DNA of 64,000 nt from Phoronis australis (lineage: Eukaryota > Animalia > Phoronida): contig NMRA01000001.1 of assembly GCA_002633005.1 (NCBI GenBank), positions 2,649,695-2,713,694 on the forward strand, written 5' to 3'. Positions 1 to 11,200 of this stretch are shown here, piece after piece. The first letter of the stretch is position 1. Each line of letters starts with the position of its first letter. Both the position numbers and the translations under genes were made by a program. Below the pieces are notes generated by a model that searched no databases, was not told the origin of the DNA, and worked only from the letters and a program-made list of their open reading frames with translations.

Positions 1-909
1 ATTTGTGACTGAACTACTACTAACAGCCATATGGCAGGAACATTCACAGACAGGTGCTAAGCTCGACAGAAAAGCAAAATGCAAGATAGACAATCTATCT
101 TTCCACCTTCTTTGTTTTATCTCGAAAAAAGCATTTCGTGTTTCACTTCAGAGGGAGGCATGAAGGGTATGTTTTGTGCCTTGTGAAAAGGGTGAAAATT
201 TGAACTGTCCTTTACTTAATAAAAATATCTTTGTGTTTAATATCAATTTTCTTAATAATTTTCAAATACTGTAGTTAGACAATTTTAGGTCTGTTTACTG
301 ACAATTCACAATTCTTTTGTCTCTGAAGGTTTTTACTCTATCTGACATGCCATGCTTTCTACCCAAAAACCAAATTTTGATTCAGGCTACTTGTTGTTAT
401 GAAAGTGGATTTATCATGTTCCAGACTCAGTTTGGTCATCTTTGGGCTTGGGGAAAACTCACAGCTCCTTATTTCTTCAATCTTTTATCGTGAAATTTCA
501 GGTCATGTGGTTATCTGAAATTTTATGAGCATTTGTCTAGAAAGCCTAGCAAACTGTCGATTCCTCCACAATCCAGAAATAATTTCTCATCAGAGTAAGG
601 AGCAATTTAAGACCACTGTTAAAATCGGTAAGTAGCTTATTAAAACTTGGTTTTCGATGGAAAGCATGGATTTAATACTGTTCCAAATTGCCTCCATACC
701 AAAGAATATAATTTGTAATGCTTTGCAGTGCAGTTGGTTTAGCATGAAAATGGTGTACAATTAGTTAGACTTCTCATGTTTTCCAATACTCTTGTGTTGT
801 GAAGTAACGTATTCTTTTATCAACATTTTGGTTTCATTTTGTTAAATTACACCGTTCATTCTCCTGAGAAACAGCACCAGGATACTTACTTGGAGTGTTT
901 TTTTTTCAG

Positions 910-1694
910 GAGATGCATTTGCTACCTCACCAACCAATCAAATAAATTACAACGGAGTCAGCAACATGTCTAGAGCTGGAGAAACAGTAAATTTTGGTGG
1001 AATTGCGCATATGTTGCTCAACAACAAGTGTTTGCCCTATCGCTGTCTCAGTAATACACGCACACTGTATACTACTGCCATAACAAGAAGGAAGGATGAT
1101 GATTATTTAGATGTTTCTCAAATGAAATACTGGGAACATCAAAGCGTGAGTGATAGAGAGGGAAATCATCTTATAGAACCTTTTCATGATCCTGCAGAGT
1201 TAGCCGAAAAAGAAGGAATGGAAAATAAGCTGACACATACTGATGTGAATGGCAAAGCCAAAATGGTGAATGTATCTGGTAAGCCAGATACGGAGAGAGT
1301 GGCCATAGCAACGGGGAAAATATTTCTTGGTGAAGAAGCATTTCGACTGGTTAAGGAGAACGCAATTAAGAAAGGCGATGTCCTAACTGTAGGACAGTTA
1401 GCTGGAATTATGGGTGCAAAAAATACGAGTACGTTGATTCCTTTGTGCCATAATATTTCTATATCTGGAGTTCATGTGGAACTGACGTTGCAGCCTGATA
1501 TATATTCGATCTTTATCACTGCAGAAGTGAAAACGGTCGGCAAAACGGGTGTTGAAATGGAGGCTCTGACTGCCGTGTCTGTTGCAGCGCTGACTGTTTA
1601 TGATATGTGCAAAGCAGTGACACGTGAAATGCAGATCTCTGATGTTAAACTTGTGCGAAAGTCAGGCGGGCAACGAGGGGATTATAATTCTTAA
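910..1694 (+). CDS. MOCS1: MOCS1 terminal exon encoding linker plus MOCS1B/MoaC domain (cyclic pyranopterin monophosphate synthase); upstream MOCS1A exons lie outside the window
   Basis: Translation has the MoaC motifs LTHTDVNGKAKMVNVSGK, KKGDVLTVGQLAGIMGAK, LIPLCH, TGVEMEALTAVSVAALTVYDMCKAV and KSGGQRGD. A poly-T tract plus AG acceptor ends at 909. The exon enters in phase 1 (GA GAT GCA...) in frame with the ORF at 966-1694. Confidence 0.93.
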
Positions 1695-1766
1695 ATTCTG
1701 TTGAAATTTTTTTATTTACACTGTTGTCTGTAAAATTGTTGTATATCATTGTTGTGTTACTCATGA

Positions 1767-1913
1767 CATAGGCGGATCCAGGGGGTCAAGGGGTACGGAC
1801 CCCCCTTTTCCCTTGATTTTGTGATGTCAAGTCTTGAATTTTCAAATTGGATACCCTTTTTAAAAAATCCTTGATTCGACTTCCCCTTTTAAAAAATCCT
1901 GGATTTGCCCCTG
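1767..1913. mobile_element. Small non-autonomous DNA transposon (MITE) in the MOCS1 3' flank/UTR
   Basis: Imperfect terminal inverted repeats CATAGGCGGATCCAGG...CCTGGATTTGCCCCTG, with an internal GGGG/CCCC hairpin. No clear target-site duplication (TSD). Confidence 0.6.
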
Positions 1914-2882
1914 CTTGAAATTGCTGTAATTATATGTTACAGTAAATTGTTTGTTTTCTAAAATACTGACAAATATCTTCTCACGGAAAAGTCCACAAAA
2001 TTTTGGAGCAGTTTGTTTGCTGCTCACACGCTTTAAGTGATTTACAATTATCTATTTATTTAATTCCTTTTTTGATGGAGCTAAATGAAGTGTGACAAAA
2101 TTCACCTTCTGTTTTCAAACAAATGTTAGATAATCTCCATAGGGTTTGGAAGGACATGATTACTCTAAATAAACATTTAACTCTTTATGTACAATGCGAA
2201 GTTTGTACTATGGCAAATTATATTGAAAATGCTAAACTTTTTCTCTCCAGAAAGGTTCACTTAATCAGATCATGATAATAAAGATTTGGAAGAAATGTTT
2301 GGTTTCAGGACAGTTGAAATTGAAATACATTACATTTGGTTACCATAAATTTTCTTTTGATATTTTAGCACTAGAAAATCTGGCGACATGAAATTTTAAT
2401 TCTATAGAATAAAATGATAAGAGGCTCAAGAAAGTGAGTTAATTTCTTACGAATGTTGATAGAATTGTTAATATTAAATGTTAATTTTTAATGGACATCT
2501 TCGGTACACAGATAGTGTATCTGTACTATTTCAATTAGATTGTTATGTTATGTATATTTGTTCATGGTGGCGGGGAATAATGTGAGACACTGTTCCTAAG
2601 TTGTAAAGTAAAAAAGGTATCCCACTTTCTTGATATAATCAGAATTCGAATGAAACCTGCGAAATGGATTGTTTCAATTTAAAGTACATACATACATACA
2701 TGTACTGAGCTTTAAAGTATTATTCACCTGTTATTTTCATGCATAATTATCCATGAATGAGCTGCTCGAGGATGGAGCAAAATAAAGTGCATAATGCAAC
2801 CAATTTGGTTTATTCCTTGACATCTTGCACATGAGTACATGATTGATCGGTTGCACTTCTGCTGTTAGTCTTCCAAGCTCTT

Positions 2883-3208
2883 TCAAAACTCAAACACATG
2901 AGTGTAGGGTCCATTAGTGACAGTACTCAGCACCTGCCTATTACCATAGGTTCCATATTTGACATTGGCACCAGCCTCTCTGCATTTCTCACTCTGAGAA
3001 AACTTTTCTGTACATTTCTGTACTAAATCTTTAAATAGAAGTTCTCCTTCAGATTTTGTGCATATGCCATGGTACTGAACTGCCTTGCCTTTCATTTTCC
3101 CCCCAAGACAGAACTGAGGTATTATTAGCAAATCTCCAGGTAAGTCCAGGATGGAAACTTGCTTCCCATCTGCTCCTTCACAGAGTCTTAAATTTAGAAG
3201 ATCTTTTA
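2883..3208 (-). CDS. DTD2: DTD2 exon 3 (terminal)
   Basis: Contains PQFCLGG and TNGPYTH; TGA at 2883. Confidence 0.93.
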
Positions 3209-4962
3209 CTGCAAAGAAAATGAATGTATGTCACGAGAACTGGATAGAAGTAAAACAACAAAGTTCAAAAAAATAGTTAACATAACTTGGCATTTCTGCT
3301 GCACTGTGTTCCAAATTTTAGAGACTGTCCCAATAGTAGTTGAAGATTGACGTAAAACCGCAACTGTGATTGTTTTGAACTGACAAATACATTTTTACAA
3401 AAGTTTGAATACAAAGTTAGACTGAGATGATAGGAAAATTGTACCTACCTATTTTATTCACTGTGTGCTCATCTGCACCTTTCATGAAGCAGAGAAAAAA
3501 TATCATTCCTCTGTTGATCTGCAATAAGATGAGTTAAGAAGCAGCTATTTTGGTAACAAAAATACTGAAGTAATTGTTTCTTGGCTGAACACTTTGGACG
3601 CTTGAGACTCACGCCAGTGGCGTGGATTCGATACCCGCATTAGATGAATTTGTCATTTACACACACTTCTACAACTACCAGAGTCATCTGGGCTTAATTT
3701 CGGTCAGCAATAACCATTCAAAATGCATTTCCAAGCACGAGCAGAGTTAATCGAGCGTTTCAAGCATGGTGATGCCTGTCAAAGTATAAAACTGCTTTTT
3801 GAAAACTATGCATTTTCAAGAATTAATCATTCAATAAATATGTAGAACAAAAAAGTAACTGAAATCACTGTTTGAATCATCAAAATCGGTTCACTTTAAC
3901 TGGGTTTACGCAGATCAAAATTAAATTGACTTCAACAGCTTGACCAATAAGGAAAGCCGTCCAAGTTCGACTGTATTTACCTGATCAGACTTGGCTTTAA
4001 GCAACTCAAGAGATGTGGAAATAAGCTGCATGGACTCGCTGGATATGGAATTCAAGTTACGATAAGATTCGATTTCCATTGCAAACAAGAACGTTGAAAC
4101 CATGTCATGAGCATACTGTTTTCTTTCAAGTTGATGTCAGTCTTTTGTTTGTAACAAAAGCCAGAAAATGACATTTCTTATAGCAGGCAAGGTGAGTGTC
4201 ATTTGACAGTAAGATTTTGATGATGAGCAGATCATACCCAGTGTTGTGAAATATTTCAAGGTCCATGTGAAGTTAACATACAGCAATTACTAACTGTGTT
4301 TTGATGTGTGTCTTCATACAGCTATCTACATCGTTTAAGCATGAAAAGAATCCTTCGGTGACACTTTCACCATTCAACATTGGGCAACTCGACCAGTTTG
4401 CATACCTCGAAATCTACCGGCATTGATCAAAGACGCCATGTTGTCGTAGTTAATTACATTGCCTCAGACCCAGCATAAACACACTGGGGGCAACAATAGC
4501 ATTTTAAATAGTATATTTGGACAGTCTGCAAAAAGTATACCTGTTTAAGTTTTTGAATTTTGAAAAGCAGACAAGAAAAAATGCAACTTTTATATCTCAA
4601 AAGGCACCCAAGGCGATGTAGCTGCCTAGTATGCTGTTGTCATATTATGTTTCTCATTAATTCTGCTGGATGTGCAACATAATTGAGACAATTACCAAAA
4701 CACCTGGCAGCAGTTGGATTTTGAGGTAAGCCAACTTGGCACTCCATGACGACATGACGTACATTCCGAGTCTGACCACTCTGCATCAGACATTTCAACC
4801 GACCGACCACAGTATCAGATTTTGTATTTAGAGCCAACAAACCTCGGAGTTCTCTGCAGGACTATTTTCTGTCGCTGGCTTTATTAACAGTTTAGCCGAA
4901 AGACACTGTTGCACGACAACCCTTGCTTTGAAAACGCCATCAGACGTGTTGCAGCCTTCCAT
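2883..4962 (-). CDS. DTD2: D-aminoacyl-tRNA deacylase 2 (Animalia-specific tRNA deacylase, ATD); 3 exons 4843-4962, 3449-3518, 2883-3208; 171 aa
   Basis: Spliced translation MEGCNTSDGVFKARVVVQQCLSAKLLIKPA...INRGMIFFLCFMKGA...VSILDLPGDLLIIPQFCLGGKMKG...GTYGNRQVLSTVTNGPYTHVFEF matches the DTD2 family along its whole length. GT-AG introns in phases 0 and 1; total 516 nt. Confidence 0.95.
3449..3518 (-). CDS. DTD2: DTD2 exon 2
   Basis: ag|INRGMIFFLCFMKGADEHTVNKI, donor G|gtaggt. Confidence 0.9.
3575..3650 (+). mobile_element. Possible decayed tRNA-derived SINE head
   Basis: B-box-like GGATTCGATACC at about 3624-3635 in a locally GC-richer stretch of DTD2 intron 1; no complete cloverleaf. Confidence 0.3.
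4843..4962 (-). CDS. DTD2: DTD2 exon 1
   Basis: ATG at 4962; encodes ARVVVQQCLSAKL; donor GAG|gtttgt. Confidence 0.9.
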
Positions 4963-5237
4963 CACAGAAATTCACTTCCTTGTCGCTTGGTAAAATAAAA
5001 TTAACAACTTCCGGTACTCAAAATGATCAATTATCTTCTCGTTGCAGTTAAATATGCAAACTTCTAGAATATAATTTAAAAATGTGTATCAATCCTTAAA
5101 AACCTTTGTAGATTAATCTTTTACAAACCGAAATTTTGTTTGAAAAGGCGGTAAACAAGTCACGTGACTATCACATGAGTCACCTCGAGACACATTCATT
5201 CACCAAGTTCACACCAGTGTGAAAGCGATGCACCGAC
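4963..5237. promoter_or_regulatory. Bidirectional promoter region shared by DTD2 and KIF16B, with ETS-type, CLEAR/E-box and M-box/AP-1 motifs
   Basis: Only 275 bp separate the divergent ATGs. ACTTCCGGT at 5007-5015, palindrome AGTCACGTGACT at 5158-5169, TCACATGA at 5171-5178 overlapping TGAGTCA at 5176-5182. Confidence 0.7.
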
Positions 5238-5284
5238 ATGGCATCGGTCAAAGTTGCAGTCAGGGTTCGTCCCTTGAATCAAAG
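5238..5284 (+). CDS. KIF16B: KIF16B exon 1
   Basis: [17 protein letters not shown]|gtaaac. Confidence 0.92.
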
Positions 5285-8200
5285 GTAAACTTGGGGTGAA
5301 AGTGAAAGTGTTAATCAGTCGTTAGTCGCTGCGGTTTCGAACGGCTTTGGCGTTGGAGTTCAACTGGTCAAATTAGAGTAAATGCCACATTTGTTGTACC
5401 TGTAGACTGTAGTCGAGATTGCGGCGCCACAAGTGGTCGGTCAAACTCAGTGATACAAACAAAGAAAAAGGACGTGGGCATGATCATCACTAATCAGATC
5501 TCAAGTAGTCCGCAGTGTTCTGCTGGCATGCATAGTGAAACTGGGAGTTGTAGTTGATATGTTTTGGACTAATAAGGTCCCAGGAAGGTCATTCCCACTG
5601 TGGTACACTAGCTGAATCTGTGCAAGGTCATGGCACCTTTGCTTTGGCAGTGAAATAAATAATCAGTAATATTAATATTCAATGGTTTGTAAATTTTACT
5701 TTGCAATTTTAATTTCACATTTATTGTCATGATGACGATAATGGGCTATCTTACTTACCAAGAATCACATTTCTTAAATCATGTTTTAATTACCAGGTAT
5801 TTCAAGTAGACCCAAAAACTATTATATTAAATGCTTGATCTCAGAATAGTGTCCGTAATCATGTGACTGCCATTTTTCTGAAGATCGTCATAATAGCTGC
5901 AGACAGGATTTTTTTCTACTCAAATTTTCTTTGCCTACTCTATTGCAGAGCATTCTCACCAATCTCTGCGAAAAATAACTTTCAAGTTTTATCTTCTTGC
6001 ATTTTTTCAAAGGTTTTAACTTTGTTGTGAATGCTCACATATTCACAAGACATTGTCTGATGGTAATTATCAATAGCTATGTTTGACACAATTTTAAGAA
6101 AAAAAATGAAAAAATTAATTTTTTGCCTGCCTAATTTTGTCCTAAGTTGATGAGATTTCAATGCAGCTCCAAAAGCTCTTCTCATTACAGGGAGGTTGTC
6201 TTGGTTCAAAGATTTAAAACTACAAAATCTGTTGTTTTTTGGTGATTTTATTACAAAACATCAATTCTCGCCGTTGCCTGACTGACATTCTCAAAAGGCC
6301 GATGATTTTACCAGTTAATTATACGTAACTTGCTCCACCATTTATTGAATAAGGTTTTGCTCAGCCAACAGAGCATTTGGTTGCAGCTGCAAAGTTACCT
6401 GTTGGAATTCATGCTGGGGCTGATCTCAGAATATCACTTTTCTCGTGGATAATTTCACTTGAAGGCCTTTTATTGCAAGAACTCGGCTGTCAAAACAGTA
6501 GAAGTCAAAATTCCTTGAACGAAGATGAAAGTCTTGATTTTTGACAGCGGAATGTTTGTGCTAAGAAAACTGGAAAGAAAGTCCCAGACATGCGTCACTT
6601 TTGCAACTAAAAGAAAAAATTGCAAGTTTCGTGCAAAAAAATCATGATTATGGTGATGTGTGAGAAAAAACAAAATCACTTGATCACCAACATCTGGGTA
6701 TTGTTGTTGTACACATAATAAAATTATGTGTTCATCAACGATTTTCAAGATATATAATTTATTGGTCTACTGCTAATACATTGAGAAATTCAACCCTTGT
6801 TTGCATAGATACCTTAAGATTTTATTTCATCCATCTTTAGCCAGTCAATAGAAATATGTCTTTTTGTAATGAATTGACCGAGTAAAGGTGTAAAGAACAC
6901 AGATTAGAGACAGATTAGAGACAGATTAGAGAAAGAGTTTCTTATTATTCATCTTGTGTTTTATCTCATCCAGGGTATATCTGCTTATGATTCATTGTAA
7001 GCAAAGGTTAAGCAACTTGGCGCTTATCGAACTTACGTATCAACATCATATATACGGCAGATTAGGAATATAAAATTCAAATGGGAATATTTATAGATCA
7101 GTTTGATAGCTTAAATTATTTTTCCTGTGTTAAGATAGGTCATCCACTTCAATACTTGTGAAATACATAATCAATTAACGCAATGCTTGAAGAATATTAT
7201 TTGTCTATGTGTATGTGTGTTTAGTATAGTGACATGGATGTGTCAGGGAATGTTATCTGAAAGCAAAGACTTTTTGTGCCTTACCTCCTCAGCCTCTTGG
7301 GCTTATAGGTGATGTGATGTGATGCAAATTCACATGTGCTGTATTGTATCATTAGGCTCACAGGCCTTAACCGAGATTATGCCTTTTTTGCTACCATTTT
7401 TACCAAAGTGGTTCACATATTGGCACATGCACCCAAGTTTCATATACAAGCGCAGTTCCACGGTAATACAAAACTATTTACTAAATTTCTTGAAAATACA
7501 CCAAGGAACTCCTAAGATGCAGAAGCAAAGGTAAAAAATTACCATTAGGAAGTATAGCGGTAGTCAAAACGAGTGTGCCTATATGTGAATTAATGTTTGG
7601 GCCTATGCAGGAGACATTACCTGGGCTTATATGCGAAACTTAGACACATGCGCCAATGTGCGAACCTCTAGAGTAAAAAAGGACGCAAAAAAGGCATTAT
7701 TTCGGATATAGGCCCATGGGCCTAAAGGTGAGGCAACACGGTAAGTGATTGTACACAATTTCTTGCAGCAGTACCCCAGTCGAAAAGTTTGCTGTTGTAA
7801 AAGTGGCCTGTAAGTGGATGAAGTGTTCATGGGGATAGTCATTGCTCTTGCATGAGAGCTTGATCTTTTATCCAGTTGACGATGTGGCTGATTCCTATTA
7901 CTGGCTTTTTATATAGTGTATGCTAACAGTATTCAGACAAAATGTCCCAGAATTCCCCATCATGGCAGCTATGTTGAAGCCGGGCTCATTGCCGGTCAGA
8001 ATAACCTTCTGTCGTGACTGAGAATGAAGGTGAATTTGTAAAGAAAGTTAACTCAGGTGTCTTAACCATTCTGTAATTAGAATTTTGCCCTCCTAATAGT
8101 TATTACCAGTCATTTTTAGTGCTAACAGAGTTAGCTGTTACGACAAGGAAATAGTAATTTGTCTGGTTAGTTTTGTCGTGTATTGTAGGTATTTAATGAT

Positions 8201-11200
8201 TTAAATGTTTCTACAAGTTCTGTTGTCTATATTACAGGGAGGTGGACATGAATTCTCAGATAGTCATTCAGATGTGTGGCAAGAAAACGAGCATACAGAA
8301 CTTAAAGGTATACTCCAGTAACAAATGAATAGGCGTGTCCTGCATTGAACTCTCCTCTGTGGCGGAGGTAGAAAATACTTAACATCACTAATCTGGTTTT
8401 CATAATGTCAGATACTCCCACATTGATAAACAAGGGAAAACAGTATATCGCTTGTCTTGCACCGATATTTGTCTTTTTTGCTTATTTCTTGGTGCCAGCA
8501 TTGCAACTCAAAATGTGCATGGGAAGAAGAAGGACAAGTGCATGACATATGTTGCATTGTGGGTAAATACCTTGGAGTAAAAGCAGTTATGTGGTATTTC
8601 AGGACGGGCCTATTGTGTTTTCTTTTACCGAACTGTGCTTACTATGCAAGGACATAATTTTTCGTGAAACGTACAACATAGAGTGCGATAGCTAAAAAAG
8701 CTCTAAAACTTGTTTGCTATGAAACTTTTGGGTAAAGGCACCCGTCCATTGTTTCATGATATTCTAATAATTTGACCTCATGCATTGAGGCACGTATTCG
8801 TCAGGATAGAGTCTTCAAAATCTTGAGTGAAAACACAAGCAAGACGGATTTTGATTGAAATTCACACCTTGCCGACTGCAGTACATAGCTAGTCACATGT
8901 CTGACATTTCAAACTCAGATCTTGAATCAGAATCGTTTTGAATTTCGGAGGCAGTTTAGAGCCCATTGTATCAACCGCCATTTGACAAGTATGCGATTGA
9001 ATGAAATTCAGAAACAAAAATATCGAGAACCATGACTTTTATTTGGATTTTGGNGCAGTTATGTGGTATTTCAGGACGGGCCTATTGTGTTGTCTTTTAC
9101 CGAACTGTGCTTACTATGCAAGGACATAATTTTTCGTGAAACATACAACATAGAGTGCGATAGCTAAAAAAGCTCTAAAACTTGTTTGCTATGAAACTTT
9201 TGGGTAAAGGCACCCGTCCATTGTTTCATGATATTCTAATAGTTTGACCTCATGCATTGAGGCACGTATTCGCCAGGATAGAGTCTTCAAAATCTTGAGT
9301 GAAAACACAAGCAAGACGGATTTTGATTGAAATTCACACCTTGCCGACTGCAGTACATAGCTAGTCACATGTCTGACATTTCAAACTCAGATCTTGAATC
9401 AGAATCGTTTTGAATTTCGGAGGCAGTTTAGAGCCCATTGTATCAACCGCCATTTGACAAGTATGCGATTGAATGAAATTCAGAAACAAAAATATCGAGA
9501 ACCATGACTTTTATTTGGATTTTGTTAAACTGTCTTCCTGACGATGTCATCTGACTGCTATCTTATGTGAAATTGAGGATTTATTGGGCGAGCAAAGGAT
9601 TCTTCTAAATTTGGGCATTTGGCAGTGACTGCGTAATTCCATGAAATGTGCAGGTATATGTGAAATAGTTAAAGGCCTGATGGAAAGTGTACAATTTGAA
9701 AGATTAGTGGGTTTTTATCCCCCTTGTAGATTCAACCTCTTATAACCTTTTCAAGCCTGTCATAATACTGCTCTTACATAACACCCTCAGAAAAGCCATT
9801 TGACAAAACAGCTATTAAACTAAATCTTAATAGTTATTCCTTTGTGCTCATGGTGGTGTCCACAAGTGTCTGCTGCACTCATTCACATTATGTGGTGTCT
9901 GGAGTTTGTTCTATGTTAGTTACTTTATGCTTATCTGTTAACAAATTAGCAACACTTTTGAGTACTGGGCATTAGTTGATCTTGTGATGGGAACCCAACA
10001 TCTACAATAGGATACATCTAATGAATTATGCATTGTGGTGTAGTTTGATCATGATATTGATACCATTATTTTGTCATCAGTGTACCTTTCTTTTTGCTAA
10101 ATTTTACCAAAAAGACATGGTCACCAGGGGTCAAGTTTAACTTTTATGACCACTTGTAAAATTTTGCAAGTGCTATTTATTAATACTTGCAAATTGGGTC
10201 AGCCTACTTGCTGTTTTTAGTAATGGGGTATAGGTACTACAGAACTTGTGGTGGTCTTGAATTTGAGGCGTATTTTTTGTTATTATCCTCAAGGGACATA
10301 GCGGACATGACCTTAAATAAGCTGTCTCTTGTGTAGGCTTTCCACTTTCAGAAAATATCTACTTTTACCGAATTGGCAAAATGCACAGACGTGTCGACAA
10401 GGTCTTACATACAAATGATATGTATGTCTATAATGCCATCTACATTGAGAGTTACCCTAGAACAAGTTACTACTGGAACAAGCTATCACTGGGTTTAGAA
10501 GTAGTGTAAACGCTATTTGTGCTGGGGCAATTTGGCGGATGCGTTTGACATCTTACCTCACGTTATTTAGAATAGTGTAAATCGTAATATGGATGCAAAC
10601 TTGCAAACAAGGCACGCTTGCTCAGTAACACACTAATGTCTTGTGTCTAATCCTGTATGCGCCCTCCAAGTTGCATAGGATGTGTAGTTTACATTCTTTG
10701 CTGGCTGGGGTCATGTTGTACTGTGGCAAATTGTTCTAACCTGTAGTGTGGTCGTTACTTATGTAGCACCACCAGAGTAAAGTAAAATGGACATGCAAGT
10801 GTTATCTTATTTTGAGTCGCAAAAGATGTAATAATTAATTGTTCATGTAAGACAAAGAATTTTTTAGGACCAAATGAAAATCACCCACCTGAAAACTGAT
10901 CTTTGTGGTAATTAGATGCCAGAATGAATATAGTAAAAGTTAAATAGGAATGGCTTTTGAATTTGTAATTGGTGACTGTATGGTAAAATCTGACCAATTC
11001 AAGGTACACCTTGGCAATAGGCAAGTGAATTTTTTTCACAAACATTGACTAGCAAGTGTGAAAAATTGAAAGTAATTTACCATTTTGAAATTCTAAACCG
11101 TAACTGCCTCTGGACAATTTTTGGGCATTCACAACAATGTTAAAAGCTTTTGAAAAATGCAAAGGAGCAGTCACTTTTGTCCGAAATTGGTAAAGATTTT

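Noticed and set aside
502-627. Possible extra MOCS1 exon (cag|...|gtaagt)
   Set aside because: Stops in all three frames over the full length, and the one long open frame is phase-incompatible with the 910 acceptor.
966-968. ATG 966 as the start of a stand-alone bacterial-type moaC gene
   Set aside because: The frame stays open upstream to a canonical splice acceptor at 909/910, as expected for the terminal exon of animal MOCS1.
3575-3650. Functional tRNA gene
   Set aside because: Only a B-box-like motif is visible; no acceptor stem or complete cloverleaf.
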